From Orbicella franksi (Eukaryota): 64,000 bases of DNA. Below, in pieces: positions 47,932 through 60,800 of this stretch; the first letter of the stretch is position 1; every line of letters starts with the position of its first letter. The notes beneath the pieces are model-generated. The model made no database searches, was not told where the DNA came from, and was given only the letters and a program-made list of their open reading frames with translations. The DNA lies in NCBI GenBank assembly GCA_964199315.1, contig OZ116699.1, forward strand, positions 30,380,001 to 30,444,000, in the 5' to 3' direction. The translations under genes and the position numbers were made by a program.

Positions 47932-50900
47932 TTATGATATGGGAGGATACCTATCTGAAGTGCTTCTACCGGTACCCCATAACTTCCGAGAGCTTGAGCT
48001 CTGTGAGGTTGACCCATAAGATGAGCCCATGCTTGAAAGAGACTTGGAGTGAGAGCCAAGAGTTGGAATCAAAGGTCGCTCAATGGCATCAGCCTCATCA
48101 TGCAAATGTTTATAATGAAAACTATGCCCTCTCGGACGGAATTCTGAGGTGAAGTTCTGATAAAAAAAAACAACAACAACAACAAATCAAGAAATGCAAC
48201 TTGAACATGTCATTAATATTTTAGCCTTTAACATGGTATATAGTTAATTCAGCTCAAGCAAGTGCAAAGCCCAAACATATGATAATTTTATTAAATTATA
48301 TGCAAAAGATGGTTGAGTCGGTAACTAACCCCTGAGTCATCATTCACTGCAAACACTGGAACAACATAATCATCTTGGTTGCATTCATTATTTTCTGTGT
48401 CAAATATTGCTGCCATTGTCCACAGTGGTAACAACCATCTGGTAATCTGAAACAAATTATAGCAAATTATTAACAACTGTTTCACAAAGTGCAGGTTGGG
48501 TGCCTGAGACATACAGGTGCTTCCACTATTAGCAGCCAGTTCCTAGGTGGAGGCCGCTCCCATGGCTGGCAAATCCTGGCAACCCAACCGTAAGCCCTCA
48601 CATGGAAGGGAGAAAAGCAGGCACCCACAACACTGACAAAACAGTGGAAAGAGGGGGAGGGACAGGAGAGGGGAAACAACCTCTGAGAAGAGTTCCCCCC
48701 AACAAAGAAAACATTAATGCTCAAGAAAATGCAGAATAAACACAAAGAACAAAATGGAATCCTGGCAGATACACATACTTAAATGCTGCTGCCCTCGAAG
48801 GTAAGACTTGAGCTCCTTGTTAAAAAAAAATTAAAAGAAACTGTGGCTGACAGGTTATACAGGTACAGTTGAATTAAGAGCATTCGTTGATCTCTCAAGG
48901 CACTCTTAAGTATGATCTACGTCCTCTTTGCTCTTAGGAGTCCTCAGGTAGCCATCTAATGGTCCTGATGGATGGAAGGATGTGTCCACATCAAAGAGAC
49001 AAAAATTGGAGGACTACAGAAGGATCAATTTTGCATGACACGTTGTCCACTGGTCAGAAAGATGTCTACTTCAAATACAAACAAGTCCCTTCTTTCAGTT
49101 TTGTCTACTTTGTTATGACAATAAACTGGAACACTGGAGAATAGCCTCAAGGACATGATCTGTTTTTCCATCTGTGCTTATATTTTCCTTGATCCATTCT
49201 TGTTAATTGTCAGGACTGTCTTTTTTTTCGTGAACTTACATTAACAGTGATGTAGACTGCTGTGTAGCCTGCCTTGTTTGACAGCTGTAACAAGAAAAAA
49301 ACAATTGATCAGACTTCACAAGAAAAAAAGTAAAAACAATAAAATTATAGTTGGTCACAAGGAATCTGATATCATGGAAAAAGTCCTTCTTGCTAGAAAA
49401 ATCTGTCAGCATATTACAGTGTGGGACTCAGAGGTCTTAAAAAACTCCAATAATTTTTTGCAAAAAATGGATGAATCTTGCTTACAAAAATTCCTTGACA
49501 GTTATTCTTTGGTCCTGCTGCAAAAAAACAAGATATTTTAATATTTATGGCAGCTGTAGTATATATAATAATTATTATAAACAATGAAGTAAAAGAGGTG
49601 GGCAGTATCTTCAAACTGTTGTTCACCATAAAGTGAAGAAGAATTTAATCAATTTTATGTACATGTACTACTAAAAAATAGTAAGTTATAAAACTGCTTT
49701 TAACTTACTGACTCTCATGACAATGTCGTGCACTAGGCTGATTAAGGCAGACACTTCAAAAATAAAGATTATCCTGTAATGAGAAAAGAAAAATACATTA
49801 ATGCAGGACATAATCCATACAAGCAACATACAATGTTGTTAATTAATGCAAATGTAAGGACAGTTAGGCAGGTCTACACTTCATCCATTATGTTCAGAGG
49901 CATGCAGCTAAAAGCTGGCTAGCTACTGGTTAATTTTACTCTCCAAAAGCATGGAAGTATTTTTGAAGGTTCACAGGTCAGAGAAGCAGATTGCACATGT
50001 CAATGAGTCATAGTTTTTCTACTTCCCTGTACTTGTGTTGATCAATACATGTCTTTCTGTTAACATTCAACTAAATCAGCTGAATGTACCTACTATATAG
50101 AAATGTACGGGTATCTTGTAATATCAAAAACTTAATGTTTCTATGCTCACCCCCACAAATCTCTTTTCTGTGCAGTCCTGTTATCTGCTAACATCCTCAC
50201 ATTGTTGAGCTCCCTACAAGGTAGCCAAATGGATGTTCATGAGTTACACAACAGTAACTGCTACATATTTCAGCTGAAGGTTAATATGTATAAAGTTGTG
50301 TAACGGACAATAGGACCAGACATGTTGAATTGAGCACACATAGCAGATATATTTATTAAACTGTACATAAATGCATGAAGAGTAGTATTTGATTCATTCA
50401 ATCACTTTAGTTAAGCCCTACTCTTTTACCTTGTGATAAAAATTCCTGAGACCATGAAAACTTGGACAACTAGAATTTCAGTGCTAGACAAGATAAGCCA
50501 CTCGGGTTCTGTAATAAAAACAAGCATATGGTTTTTCTGAATAGTTTGTTTAACGAGATCTCTACAAATTGTTCAAAATATCACTGTGCAGTCATAAAAT
50601 AAAGAGTCACACTCCTAATTAAACTCGATTTCTGCCGCTCTCTTGAGTCTGGTCTAAACATGGCTTCCAGGAGGAGCGTGGGCCCTTTTCTCGAACAGCC
50701 ACTGGTAGTCGACCCTACCTTCAAATGAACTTTAAAATATCAAAAACATAATCATGTCTACAGGTGACATACCTGCACATTCTTTGTATTCAGTCTTCAT
50801 TGTTGCAAGTCCAACAATTACAATTATCACAATGATAATGAACACAGCTCCCACTACTTTGTTAGAGTACCTGGACGTGATTAAAAATAACACTGTATCA

Positions 50901-53900
50901 GACTGTTAGTGTATGCATTGACAGTTATTGCATGACAGAGTGTTAAGTTTCACTGCAAGTACACCAGCCTATATTAAATGTAAAATGTGCAGTTCCAGAA
51001 AATATCCATATCCACCCTGAGGGGTACTCCCAGAAAAGTTGGGTGGGGGTGTGTGGCCCGCTTCCCAAAACCCTTACCCTATTTATGACCAAAATCTGCA
51101 ATATTCCCTACCCTATTTATGACCTGACCAAATACTCAATACCCTATTTATGACCTGACCATTAAATCAAAACCCTGTTTCAGACCTGTGTTAGAATATG
51201 TTCCCTAGTTCAGACCAATGTTAAATTACCATAAACATAATTTGTGAAGGGCTTTTGTTAATTTTCTTTTCAATAATGACGAAAAAGTTGCTTCTTCTTA
51301 AAAGCATACCCATATCAAGGCTAGAGTGCAATAACCATACCCTATTTATGCATCAGTCAATTCCAGCAGTGCCCATACCCCCCCCCCCCACCCCCGGCCC
51401 CCCGGGCTAGCCCCCAGGCATTGGCATTTTTTTTAAAAAATGGGCAAATTCCCCAGGGTGGGGGACACATAAGCTGTCTAAATGCCCCGGGGTGGGGATA
51501 AAGAAAGAGGGCAAATGCCCCTCCCCCGGGATTGTCGCCTTCCAACACCTCGGCAGCTTTTTTAATTAATCAGTGAATAAAATGGTCAACTGTTCAGTAT
51601 TTTAATGCAACAGTAAGACTTCAAGGGCAATAGTACATGTTAGTTGATTCTGATTATATTTATTTCTTTATATTTGTTTTTAACAGTTTGCTATCGGATA
51701 GCAGGGATTGTGGCGGACGTGCCCCCAGCCGCGAGCGATGATAAGCGCCTGTATTTTAATTTGCAGGCTACTTTTTCTGTGAAGAATCAAGACATTTTAA
51801 ATGATGATGCATTGCATTTTAAGCTCACAAGATCTGTCTTGAAGATCGCATCATTTGAATTCGCAAACCTTGAGTATTTTAACTCCACTTTCACTGAATG
51901 CGAAATGCGAAATAGTCGTGCTCACGTCAGTGATTGTTTTGTGATAAACAAAATATAGTTCACCTTACAAGTAATGAAGAAATATCTAAAATTGAGAAAA
52001 CATACTTTTAAAAACATCTTCAAGTATCTCTACTGTAGTCCCTGACGGACAAGCCATTGTTCGACAAACGCCTCGTCTTTCCTGATGAACTCATCCATGG
52101 CACTTTCCAAAACATGTGTGTCGAATGCCCGGGGGTGGCCCCGGGGTACACAAATGCCCAGCCCCCAGGCCACGATAAAATTGCAGATGCCCCACCCCCA
52201 GGACTGACAACGTGAGCAAATGCCCCGCGGTTGCCTGGGGGGGAGGGGATGGGCACTGCTGGAATTGACTGATGCATTATGACCAAAATGGCCCAAATAG
52301 GCTAAAATCAATACCCTATTTATGACCAAAACAGTTGAAAAACCATACCCTTTGAGGCCGCACATACCCATATAGCCCATATAAGGGAGTACCCCTCTGG
52401 GAAATTCTTAGGGGGGTGGGATTCAATTCAATTCTATTTTTTCATTATAATATATTTAATATTTCATGGTCAAGGAAATGGCAGCGAAAAAAATAAGAAT
52501 TTTCAGTTAAAGTACATGTACATACATGGAAAGATCTACATACATTATATGTACAAAAAAAAAATTAAATGGCCACACAAAGCAGAGGACACTCTGGAGT
52601 GAAATAAGTCAGCAATATTGCCTTTACTGGCAGTAATCTGTTTAGTTAAATCATACCTTTTTAAACTATCCTCAACTCCCATCATCCTAGCTGCTAGACA
52701 GCAATGAAAATTGGTGACAACAAGGAACTAATGAGAGAACAAATATAGAGCACGTGAGTTCTAACATTACATGTATGCTTGCTCGTCGTTCCCTTTGACC
52801 CTTATCAGTTACCAGACAAAGATGTACTCAATAAATCATTCCAGAATTGTCTACTATAAGCAAATTCTGAAAGTTCCCAACCAACTGTGCCCTAAATCAC
52901 AAACTAATATCTTGTTAGACAGGTAACACTGTTTGTTATAAGATCAAGATAGCCTAGAGGGCACAGAGACAAATTTAATGATGGAACATTTTATAACACA
53001 TCTATCGGGCTGGGTTTGGTAATAAATTAATTATTAACCAAGTTAACTTGGGACGATACTGAGAGAGCTAGCTCCATTTGATTCATACTGTCGAGATCTA
53101 GAGTCGAATAGGGCCTTCCCACTTGTTTATTAATTATATTATTTTTGTTGTTTTTTTAAACTTCATAACAATCCTACAGGGTGGGAAGTCAGAGAACTGA
53201 ACAAAATTCCTGCACAGGAAAAGCGGAGAAAACTGTGCTGAATGGGAAAAGAATACTCCTGTTGAGGTTAAGGTATCAGGCTGCAAAGAAAATTCATTTG
53301 CATGTTTTGCAATAAAAAATAGCCATAGTGGAGAGTATTTTATAATATGCATGGACAACACGCATTGGTCATATTTTGCAACTTGAACTGAATGAAATTT
53401 CACCTGGCAAGCAACTTTAATGAACTGTGTTATCAAGTGCAGAGCTGTAATCGCCAAGTAAAGCCAGTTGATTCCACTGAAATAAAAAATATGAGTTACT
53501 AAAATGAAATTATTATAGCTTTCATCAACAAACAGATGGGTCACTATGACTGTAACAAGAAAAGACCAATGTTAGGCAGTTAAAACCATTAATAGTAGAA
53601 CCTCAATATATAACAGAGTTGCAAGGGAATTTGAAAATGTTTTTCGGCAAATGGCCATAACTTTTGTTTCACCTAAGTCCTTAAAGTGGTACTATGACGA
53701 AAATCGCATCTTTCCTATCGCAGCCATTTTAAAACATAAACAAGTAGCCTGTGTGAGAAGAAAAATGCTGTTTACTATATTCAAATATCTCTTTTCGTTC
53801 CAGAGATATTCAAGTTTTTAAAATATGCAAATCAGACGTCATGCACTCAACCAAATTTTGATCAAATATGATGAAAAAATATATCTCAGCCAATTTGTAT

Positions 53901-55320
53901 CAGAAATGTTTGATTCTTTGCATTAAGATTCTACTAAATGTGCTCCACAATATGAGTTAACAGTTTGGTTACCATGGCAACATACTGAGTTCCAGACCTC
54001 CCCAATATTAAAGGCATTTCTGGCCACCTTTGGCATTCCATTTTGATATTTGCAAATGGTGCCTCATATCCTTGATCCAGCAAGCACATAAATATGTTAG
54101 CTCAAGTCTGTGGCTTCATTTAATGTTCTGCGAGTTGAAAATCACTAACATATTGAAATCAAGTGGGTGGGGACTGGAAAAGAGTGATTTGCCATGGGAA
54201 CAGAATTTTTTACAGCCGTAGGTGTGTTTCCTGTAGAACTATTAGCCTATCAAGTTTCAATGGTCTGTACTACAAATTGACCAAGATAGCTTTATTTATA
54301 TACTTGATATAAAATTGGGTTGAGTGTATGACATCATCAGTCATCTCGTTCGCATATTTTACCCATTTTTCAAACTGAAATATCTCCGGAACTAATGCAG
54401 ATATTTGTAAATGGTAAACAGCGTTTTTATTCTTTCATGGAATTCCATCTGATACACCTAAAAAATCAAGGGGGAAAAATTTGATCACAGTAAGTTGCAT
54501 GTTGAGAGATAAACTGAGAATCAGAAATCTAGAAATTTTTTCTTGTGAGGAACACCAAAAGAACACCCTCAAAGCAAGGCAACCACAGTGCCAGAACAAT
54601 AAATTAAAGGGGTTTCCAACTGAAACATTACACTATTCTAAAAAAGTCTCACCAGAGTATGCATTCCACAATTCCACTATAGAATATGACATACTGATTC
54701 AGCAGAGAATGTCGATGAGAGTGAAGCTTGTAAAGCTTGGAGAAAAACAGAAATAAGCATATTATTCAGTAAGAAAGCTTTCTCTTCAACATAGTTTGTT
54801 TGACAACAAATAACAAAACTGCATTCAAAGAGGTCCAACACTTACTGTAAAAATTGTAATTGTTACAATAACATAAAAATCGATAACTCGGGTATCTTCA
54901 GAGATTGTGAAAGTTGTGATCAAATGTCAATAAGTCATTCAACCCTCTCTACCCTACCACATACTAGTAAATATGATGCTGGTGCAAAACCTTCACATAT
55001 TACACTATAAAGCCTGAGGACTGATTGTCCAGGAAAAGTTTGACACCTAACCTCAGAAGGCTCACTACCACTCAATTTGGAAATTATGAAACCTACCAAC
55101 TTAAATTTAACCTAAATACATGTATAACATTTTACCTTAACTGCACACACAAGACAGGTGATGATTGCCAGTATTGTTAAACAGCTATCCCTGATTTGCA
55201 AATGAAAATGTCTTCATTATTAATCATACTCTGTAAAAAACCAGCAATCTACCAAGGGAGCATCAGATTTCTGGTTTGCATGGGCCACAGAGATGAAAAC
55301 AGCCCAAGAAAGAGGGACAT
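47932..55320 (-). CDS. Orphan seven-transmembrane protein (357 aa, 13 coding exons)
   Basis: complement(join(47932..48156,48330..48446,49240..49284,49486..49517,49709..49773,50151..50213,50430..50508,50773..50870,52657..52727,53404..53476,54653..54735,55136..55190,55253..55320)). All 12 introns are GT-AG, every phase matches, and the total is 1074 nt with no internal stop. There are seven hydrophobic segments (e.g. CLTILAIITCLVCAV, VVGAVFIIIVIIVIVGLA, LWGIIFIFEVSALISLV) and a Ser-rich C-tail. The start codon is the least certain part. Confidence 0.8.
51021..52395. mobile_element. GGGGTACTCCC-TIR MITE interrupted by a Harbinger-like element (51349-52276)
   Basis: Outer TIR GGGGTACTCCC/GGGAGTACCCC. 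Inner TIR TGCATCAGTCAATTCCAGCAGTGCCCAT with TTA TSD (51346-48, 52277-79). Removing the inner element restores the host motif CCCTATTTATGACCAAAA. Confidence 0.85.
53681..54491. repeat. ~0.8-kb MITE-like repeat (TTAAAGTGGTACTATGA terminus), right end degenerate
   Basis: Left terminus ttaaagtggtactatgacgaaaa and degenerate inverse tttgatcacagta; lies in an intron of the 7TM gene. Confidence 0.55.
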
Positions 55321-55762
55321 GGAGAAGCCTTGTCAAAGTTATGTGTGATACTTGATAGAGCACGCATGAGAAAGTGAGTAACGACATAGGTAGTAGCATA
55401 ACAAGACAGTTTGCTTTTGAATAGTTCACCATTATTGCTTTCTATCTGTCTAGACAAGGTACCAGTACTTACTTTGTCTAATAAATTATTGATCCTCACT
55501 GGGGCATTTATCTAAACTAAACATTGTCTGGCTTCAATTTTTATAATTACCCTGACTAGAAGTAATCATTGTTGCAAGACATAAAATAAATAATCATCTA
55601 AGATAAATTTTATTACTTATAAATTAATAAATTATATTAATATTAATGCTATAATCAATTGAATCCAATAATCAGTCATTACAAACTAAAACAATCATTT
55701 TACTTAGTATCACATAAACCAAGTCAAAGTTGGTTTTGATTTTGCTTTACACTAACCAATAA

Positions 55763-55947
55763 CAGGGCTGTCAATAAGTTTCGAATCAACCGTAGTTTTG
55801 ATCTCCACACCCCTAACAAAGTTGTTACCTTTTAGGTGAATAAAAATTGTATCAACTATAGTCCAGTTCACCTGTAACATCAAGGGCCCATCAAACATAC
55901 TCAGCCATAGCAGGTGTTATAAGTTACCGCCCTCATTGACAGCCCTG
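55763..55947. repeat. CAGGGCTGTCA-TIR MITE (related partial copy from ~47673)
   Basis: TIR CAGGGCTGTCAAT/ATTGACAGCCCTG; the internal sequence aligns with 47673-47830. Confidence 0.7.
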
Positions 55948-57249
55948 AATTATGAACCAAATGCACCAATTAATCAATATTTTCAGTCAGTCCAAAAGCA
56001 CTCTTGACTACATATAGCTTTATAATGCTTACCTCACACACGAAGCAGTATTGAAAGTCTTGAAACATCCAGTGTAAGCCAAGGAGAGTTTTAGGGAGTC
56101 ATTTCCATTGGACATGATCAGTTATTGCTGCTAGTTCTTTCACCTAGGCTACCTAGGAGGAAAGATACATCTGCCTTAAAATCAGATGCTCCAAAGCAAA
56201 ATCTGCAAGCAATGATGGTTTACATAGTACACAGTACATGAACATCATTTGTTCTCACTACCAAGTGCTGACCAATTCTCATTGAACCAATCAACCAAGA
56301 TGTTGGTCAGGTGTTGACCAAACAAATAGTGAGAGGAAAGCAAAAATACTTCCATTTCTCATATATATTGAAAGGGATCCATAGAATGCAACTTCTGCTC
56401 TCCATTCAATCTTGCTAAAATTAGTAACATTGTTCACATCCTCTTAAAGGTGTTGTTTTATGAGCCAATTTTAAATGCCAATAATTTTTTAATCCATGTC
56501 ATACAAGACACATTTTAACACAACTTTGTTGCGGCAACAGCCAGCAAGGGTATCTTACAAGAGATGACTCTTAATGCTGTAACATTTGTCTGCAACAACA
56601 TTGCAGGTTTTTGAATGGCTTTCAAAAACCCGCAACATGTTGCCAAAACAAATGTTACAGTATTAACCTGTTACTGTAAAAGTCACCCTGTCCACAGTGT
56701 TGCACGATTATAGTAATTTTTAAGACAATATATGCTCATGTAACATTATGGATAGTAACATCATGTAACATCACCTTCAGTCAGCTGAAGTGCAACCTTG
56801 AAAAAAAAACCTACAAATTCAGGCTAAGGGCTTTGATTTGCATTTCGAACCCTGTTGTGTAAACTTAAAATACTCAAAATTGATGACAACCCTCAAAAAG
56901 CTGTTTACAGGATACTAGGACACAAGATCCACCATGTTTTAACGGATATGCAAATTTTCTTCAACGTAGTACATTGTCTTATTGGCCATTGTGCTTTTTA
57001 GGCAGTTTATAAACCTCCGTATGTAAAGCTATTACAGCTGTTACAAGCATAAATGATGCTTAATGATAGCCAGATTACTTTGTGAGGAAATAGGTTTTAG
57101 TGTTAGGTCATCTACTCCAAAAAACTTCCTTGTACTTTCACTTTTAACTTGATGCACAAAGGGTCAACTAAAACCAGCTGATTTACATCAATTGTTTCCC
57201 ATTAGACACTTGATTTGGGGTCTTTCTGTCTCGTCAACACATAAACAGA

Positions 57250-57890
57250 ACACACAATGACCATCTATTTCAAGAGCACGGCAAATGTATGTCGAGGGAC
57301 GGAAATTGGATGTTGTCCAGGAGCTACAAGGGGTTAAACAGTATTCAATAAATTCATGTTCTCGCACGTTCTCACGCGCGAAAACTCCGTGCGTGAACCA
57401 AAGGTGTCTTTTAAAAGTATTTTATAAAGGTTTTACATAAATTATATGCGCACTTACCTACGGAATGCCGTATTTAAAAGGCATACTATGAAACGAAGAA
57501 AGCGAAATCTTTGAACAAACACTCTGCAAACACCACGAAGAAGCTCACCCGCATACGAATATTGCCGCGCCAGTCCCAAAGCACACTTTAGTATGACAGC
57601 GAAACCCGACTAGAGTAGGGAAGGGATAAAACGTCATTTACCTCGCATCTGAAATTCTTTTGAGTACTAATACTATTTATTAAACTAATAAGAGTCACGA
57701 AGTATGGAAATTTAGCTCAGCATTTTTTTCCTGTTTAATGTTTTGATCATTTTTAATTGTTATCTTTGCTTGAAATCTAAATTGTCCCAGGGGAGAGAGG
57801 GGCCTCGTGGATAATCCGCCTAAGCAAAAAGTGCCAGGTTACTAAGTATCTTCTTAAAAATAAAAACATACCTCTTTCTTCCAGCAGAAT
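57250..57890. promoter_or_regulatory. CpG-rich putative bidirectional promoter region (7TM gene / WDR45)
   Basis: Local CpG-rich patch in otherwise CpG-poor DNA. There is a minus-strand donor AG|GTAAGT at 57458, a plus-strand acceptor just before the WDR45 ATG, and an E2F-like GCGCGAAAA at 57376-57384. Confidence 0.5.
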
Positions 57891-60800
57891 GACACGACGA
57901 AACGAAGTATTTCACCTAGATTTCAACCAAGACCAAGGTAGATTTTACTATTATATATTCGTAAGTCTCTTAACGAGTGATCCTGTTGTTGAAAAATGGT
58001 AAACAGGGAATATTGTCTGGATTTTAGAAGCTTCCATGATAAATCAAATCTATTCTTGCATGCTTAAAAATTTTCGTCTTGTTGTGTACGTCCATCATTT
58101 AAAGATCCATCTCTTACTCCTTTGTATCATTTGCTTACTCTTGCAGTTCTTTTCCAAAGGAAATAATTTGCGTGAAATGAGCTAAACGCGTTTTGTGGTT
58201 TGTTCAACTGAATTTTGCAAGAACTGATTGTTTGTGTCTTGACTAATAGGTTGTTTTGGCTGTACCATGGAGGGTGGGTTCAGAATATATAATGTGGAAC
58301 CTTTATCAGAAAAGGCTCGTGTAGGTAAGTTTCTCATTACCATAAAATTATACATGGTATACAATGTGGAGTGTTTGATTTTACAGTGATGTTTCACTCT
58401 CATTTATATAATATTAGAGACTAAATAAATCTAAATTATGTTCCTGTAGTAAAATGTATGTTAATCAGCTCAGTATTAACCAGGCTCCAGTTGTTCGAAG
58501 GCTGGGTAACGCTATTCACTGGATAAATCACTAACCAGGGGATAGGTGTTAATAAAACAAACCACGCTATCCGCTGGATTGTGATTTATCCACTGGATAG
58601 TGTTAACCACCTTTCAAACAACCCGGGCCTGCATGGTTACTGCTAGCATCAATAAGAGGACTGGATTTATTGTCTTATTAAACCTATATCTGTCATACAT
58701 GCCAAATGCAGCTGTACATGTATAACTTACTTACTTACTTAATCCTCTTCGTTCCTAAGTGGAACATAGGTCCTCAACTAGCGTGCCACCTAACCCTATT
58801 TTGTGCAGTGCCTTTTGCCTCATTCCACGTAACATGCTTCGCCACCAACTCTGCCATTCTCGTGCGCCTCCAGCTGTTTTGGGGCCTCCCTCTCTTTCGC
58901 TTCCCCTGTGGGTTCCACTCTAGTGCCCTCTTGACTACGTGTCCATCTGGTTTCCTCAGTGTGTGGCCGATCCAGCCCCAAGCTCTCTGTCTTATCTCTT
59001 CCTCTATCGGTCGTTGCCCTGTTTGACTCCAAAGGTCCTTGTTGCTGATTTTTCTAGGCCACCAAATCCGCAAGATGTTCCTCAGGCTCTTATTGATAAA
59101 CACTTGCAACTTCTGCTCCAATCCCTTGGTCAGCCTCCAAGTTTCAGAACCATACAAGAGCACCGCCTTCACATTTGTCCCAAAGACTCTCAGCTTGGTC
59201 TTGGTTGTTAGTGCCGTGGATCGCCATATTGGTCTCAGCATCGCAAATGCCTGTCTTGCCTTTCCAATTCGTGCCTGAATGTCCTCGTCAGTGCCTCCCT
59301 TCTTGCTTACAATGCTCCCAAGGTATGTGAACTCATCCACTTCCTCAACCCGCTTCCCAGCTACCGACACAACATCACCACGTTTGGTACCAATACGCAT
59401 CAGCTTTGTCTTGGTGGCATTGATCTTCAGGCCTACCTTCGCACTTTGTACCTCCAAGGCTCGTGTCTTATCCCTCATATCCTGTATTCTGTGCGACAGT
59501 AGGGCCAGATCATCGGCAAAGTCAAGATCTTCTAATGATGTCGTAAAGGTCCACTGAATACCTCTTTTCCTGTCAAAGGCTGTCCTCGTCACCCAATCCA
59601 GGGCGACCAGAAACAGCAAGGGAGATAGCAGGCAGCCTTGTCTTACCCCGGTCCTCATATCCAATGGTTGAGTCTTCTGTCCATTGTGTACCACCTGTGT
59701 GGAGAAACCCTCATAGAGAACTCTGATGATGGTGACTATCTTGTCAGGCAACCCGTAGTGCCGCAACAACCTCCACAAAACATCTCTACTGATACTATCG
59801 AAGGCCTTCTCAAAATCGATAAAGTTGATGTACAAGGAGGACTGCCACTCGATACTCTGTTCTATAATAATCCGCAGTGTTGCTATTTGATCCGTGCAGC
59901 TTCGACCTGCTCGAAAGCCCGCCTGTTCCTCTCTCAGCTTTTCGTCCAACGCAATCTTGATGCGCTCCAGGATCACTCTGCAAAACACCTTACTTGCCAT
60001 GTTCAGCAACATAATGCCACGCCAGTTTTTACAGTAGCTCAAATCACCTTTCTTGGGCAACTTGATTAGCAGACCTTTTCTCCACTCCTCTGGTATCTTC
60101 TCCTCATTCCATATCCTGTTGCAGAGGCCCAGGAGAACCTCCTCTGATGTGTCCCCTCCCGCCTTAATTGCCTCTGGTGGAATATTGTCACATCCTGCAG
60201 CCTTCCCGTTTTTTAACTTCTTTATAGCATTCTTGATTTCAATATGTGTAACGTGACCTGTCCTGATGTTAAGCTCGTCATTTGGCTCCACCTCTGGCGG
60301 GTTGATCGGCTCCTCATGGTTAAGCACTGTTTGAAAGTGCTCCCTCCACCGGTGCATCTCCTCCTCTGCTGTCCTGAGCAACACGCCTGCCTCATTTCTC
60401 ACTGGCTTACAAGTATTCTGGATCCTCCCACTTAGCTTTCTAGTGATCTCGTACAAAGTCCTTGCATCACCTCTCTTTCCAGCCTCCTCAGCTCTCTCAG
60501 CTTCTGCTTCCACATACACCCTCTTGTCTCTCCTACACCTCCTCTTCACCTCCCTATTTAATTCTTGGTATCTTTTACTTGCCTCTCTCTTCTGGTTTCT
60601 TGTTCTGGCCATGTTTATGGTGTTTTTTGCCACCTTTCGCTGCTCGATTAACTCCCAAGTCTCCTTGCTGATCCACTCCTTCCTGTTTGCCTTTGCCCTA
60701 CCCAGCACCTGCTCGCAGGTCTCCACATAACCTTGTTCAATCTGCCTCCATTCATCATCCACTGACAGTTCCTCCTCCTCCATCAACTGCTGCAGACCCT

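Noticed and set aside
53180-53400. In-frame continuation of ORF 53134..53544 as additional 7TM coding sequence
   Set aside because: Direct splicing 53404 to 52727 gives a coherent TM3 (IKVACQFLVVTNF); the rest reads as intron.
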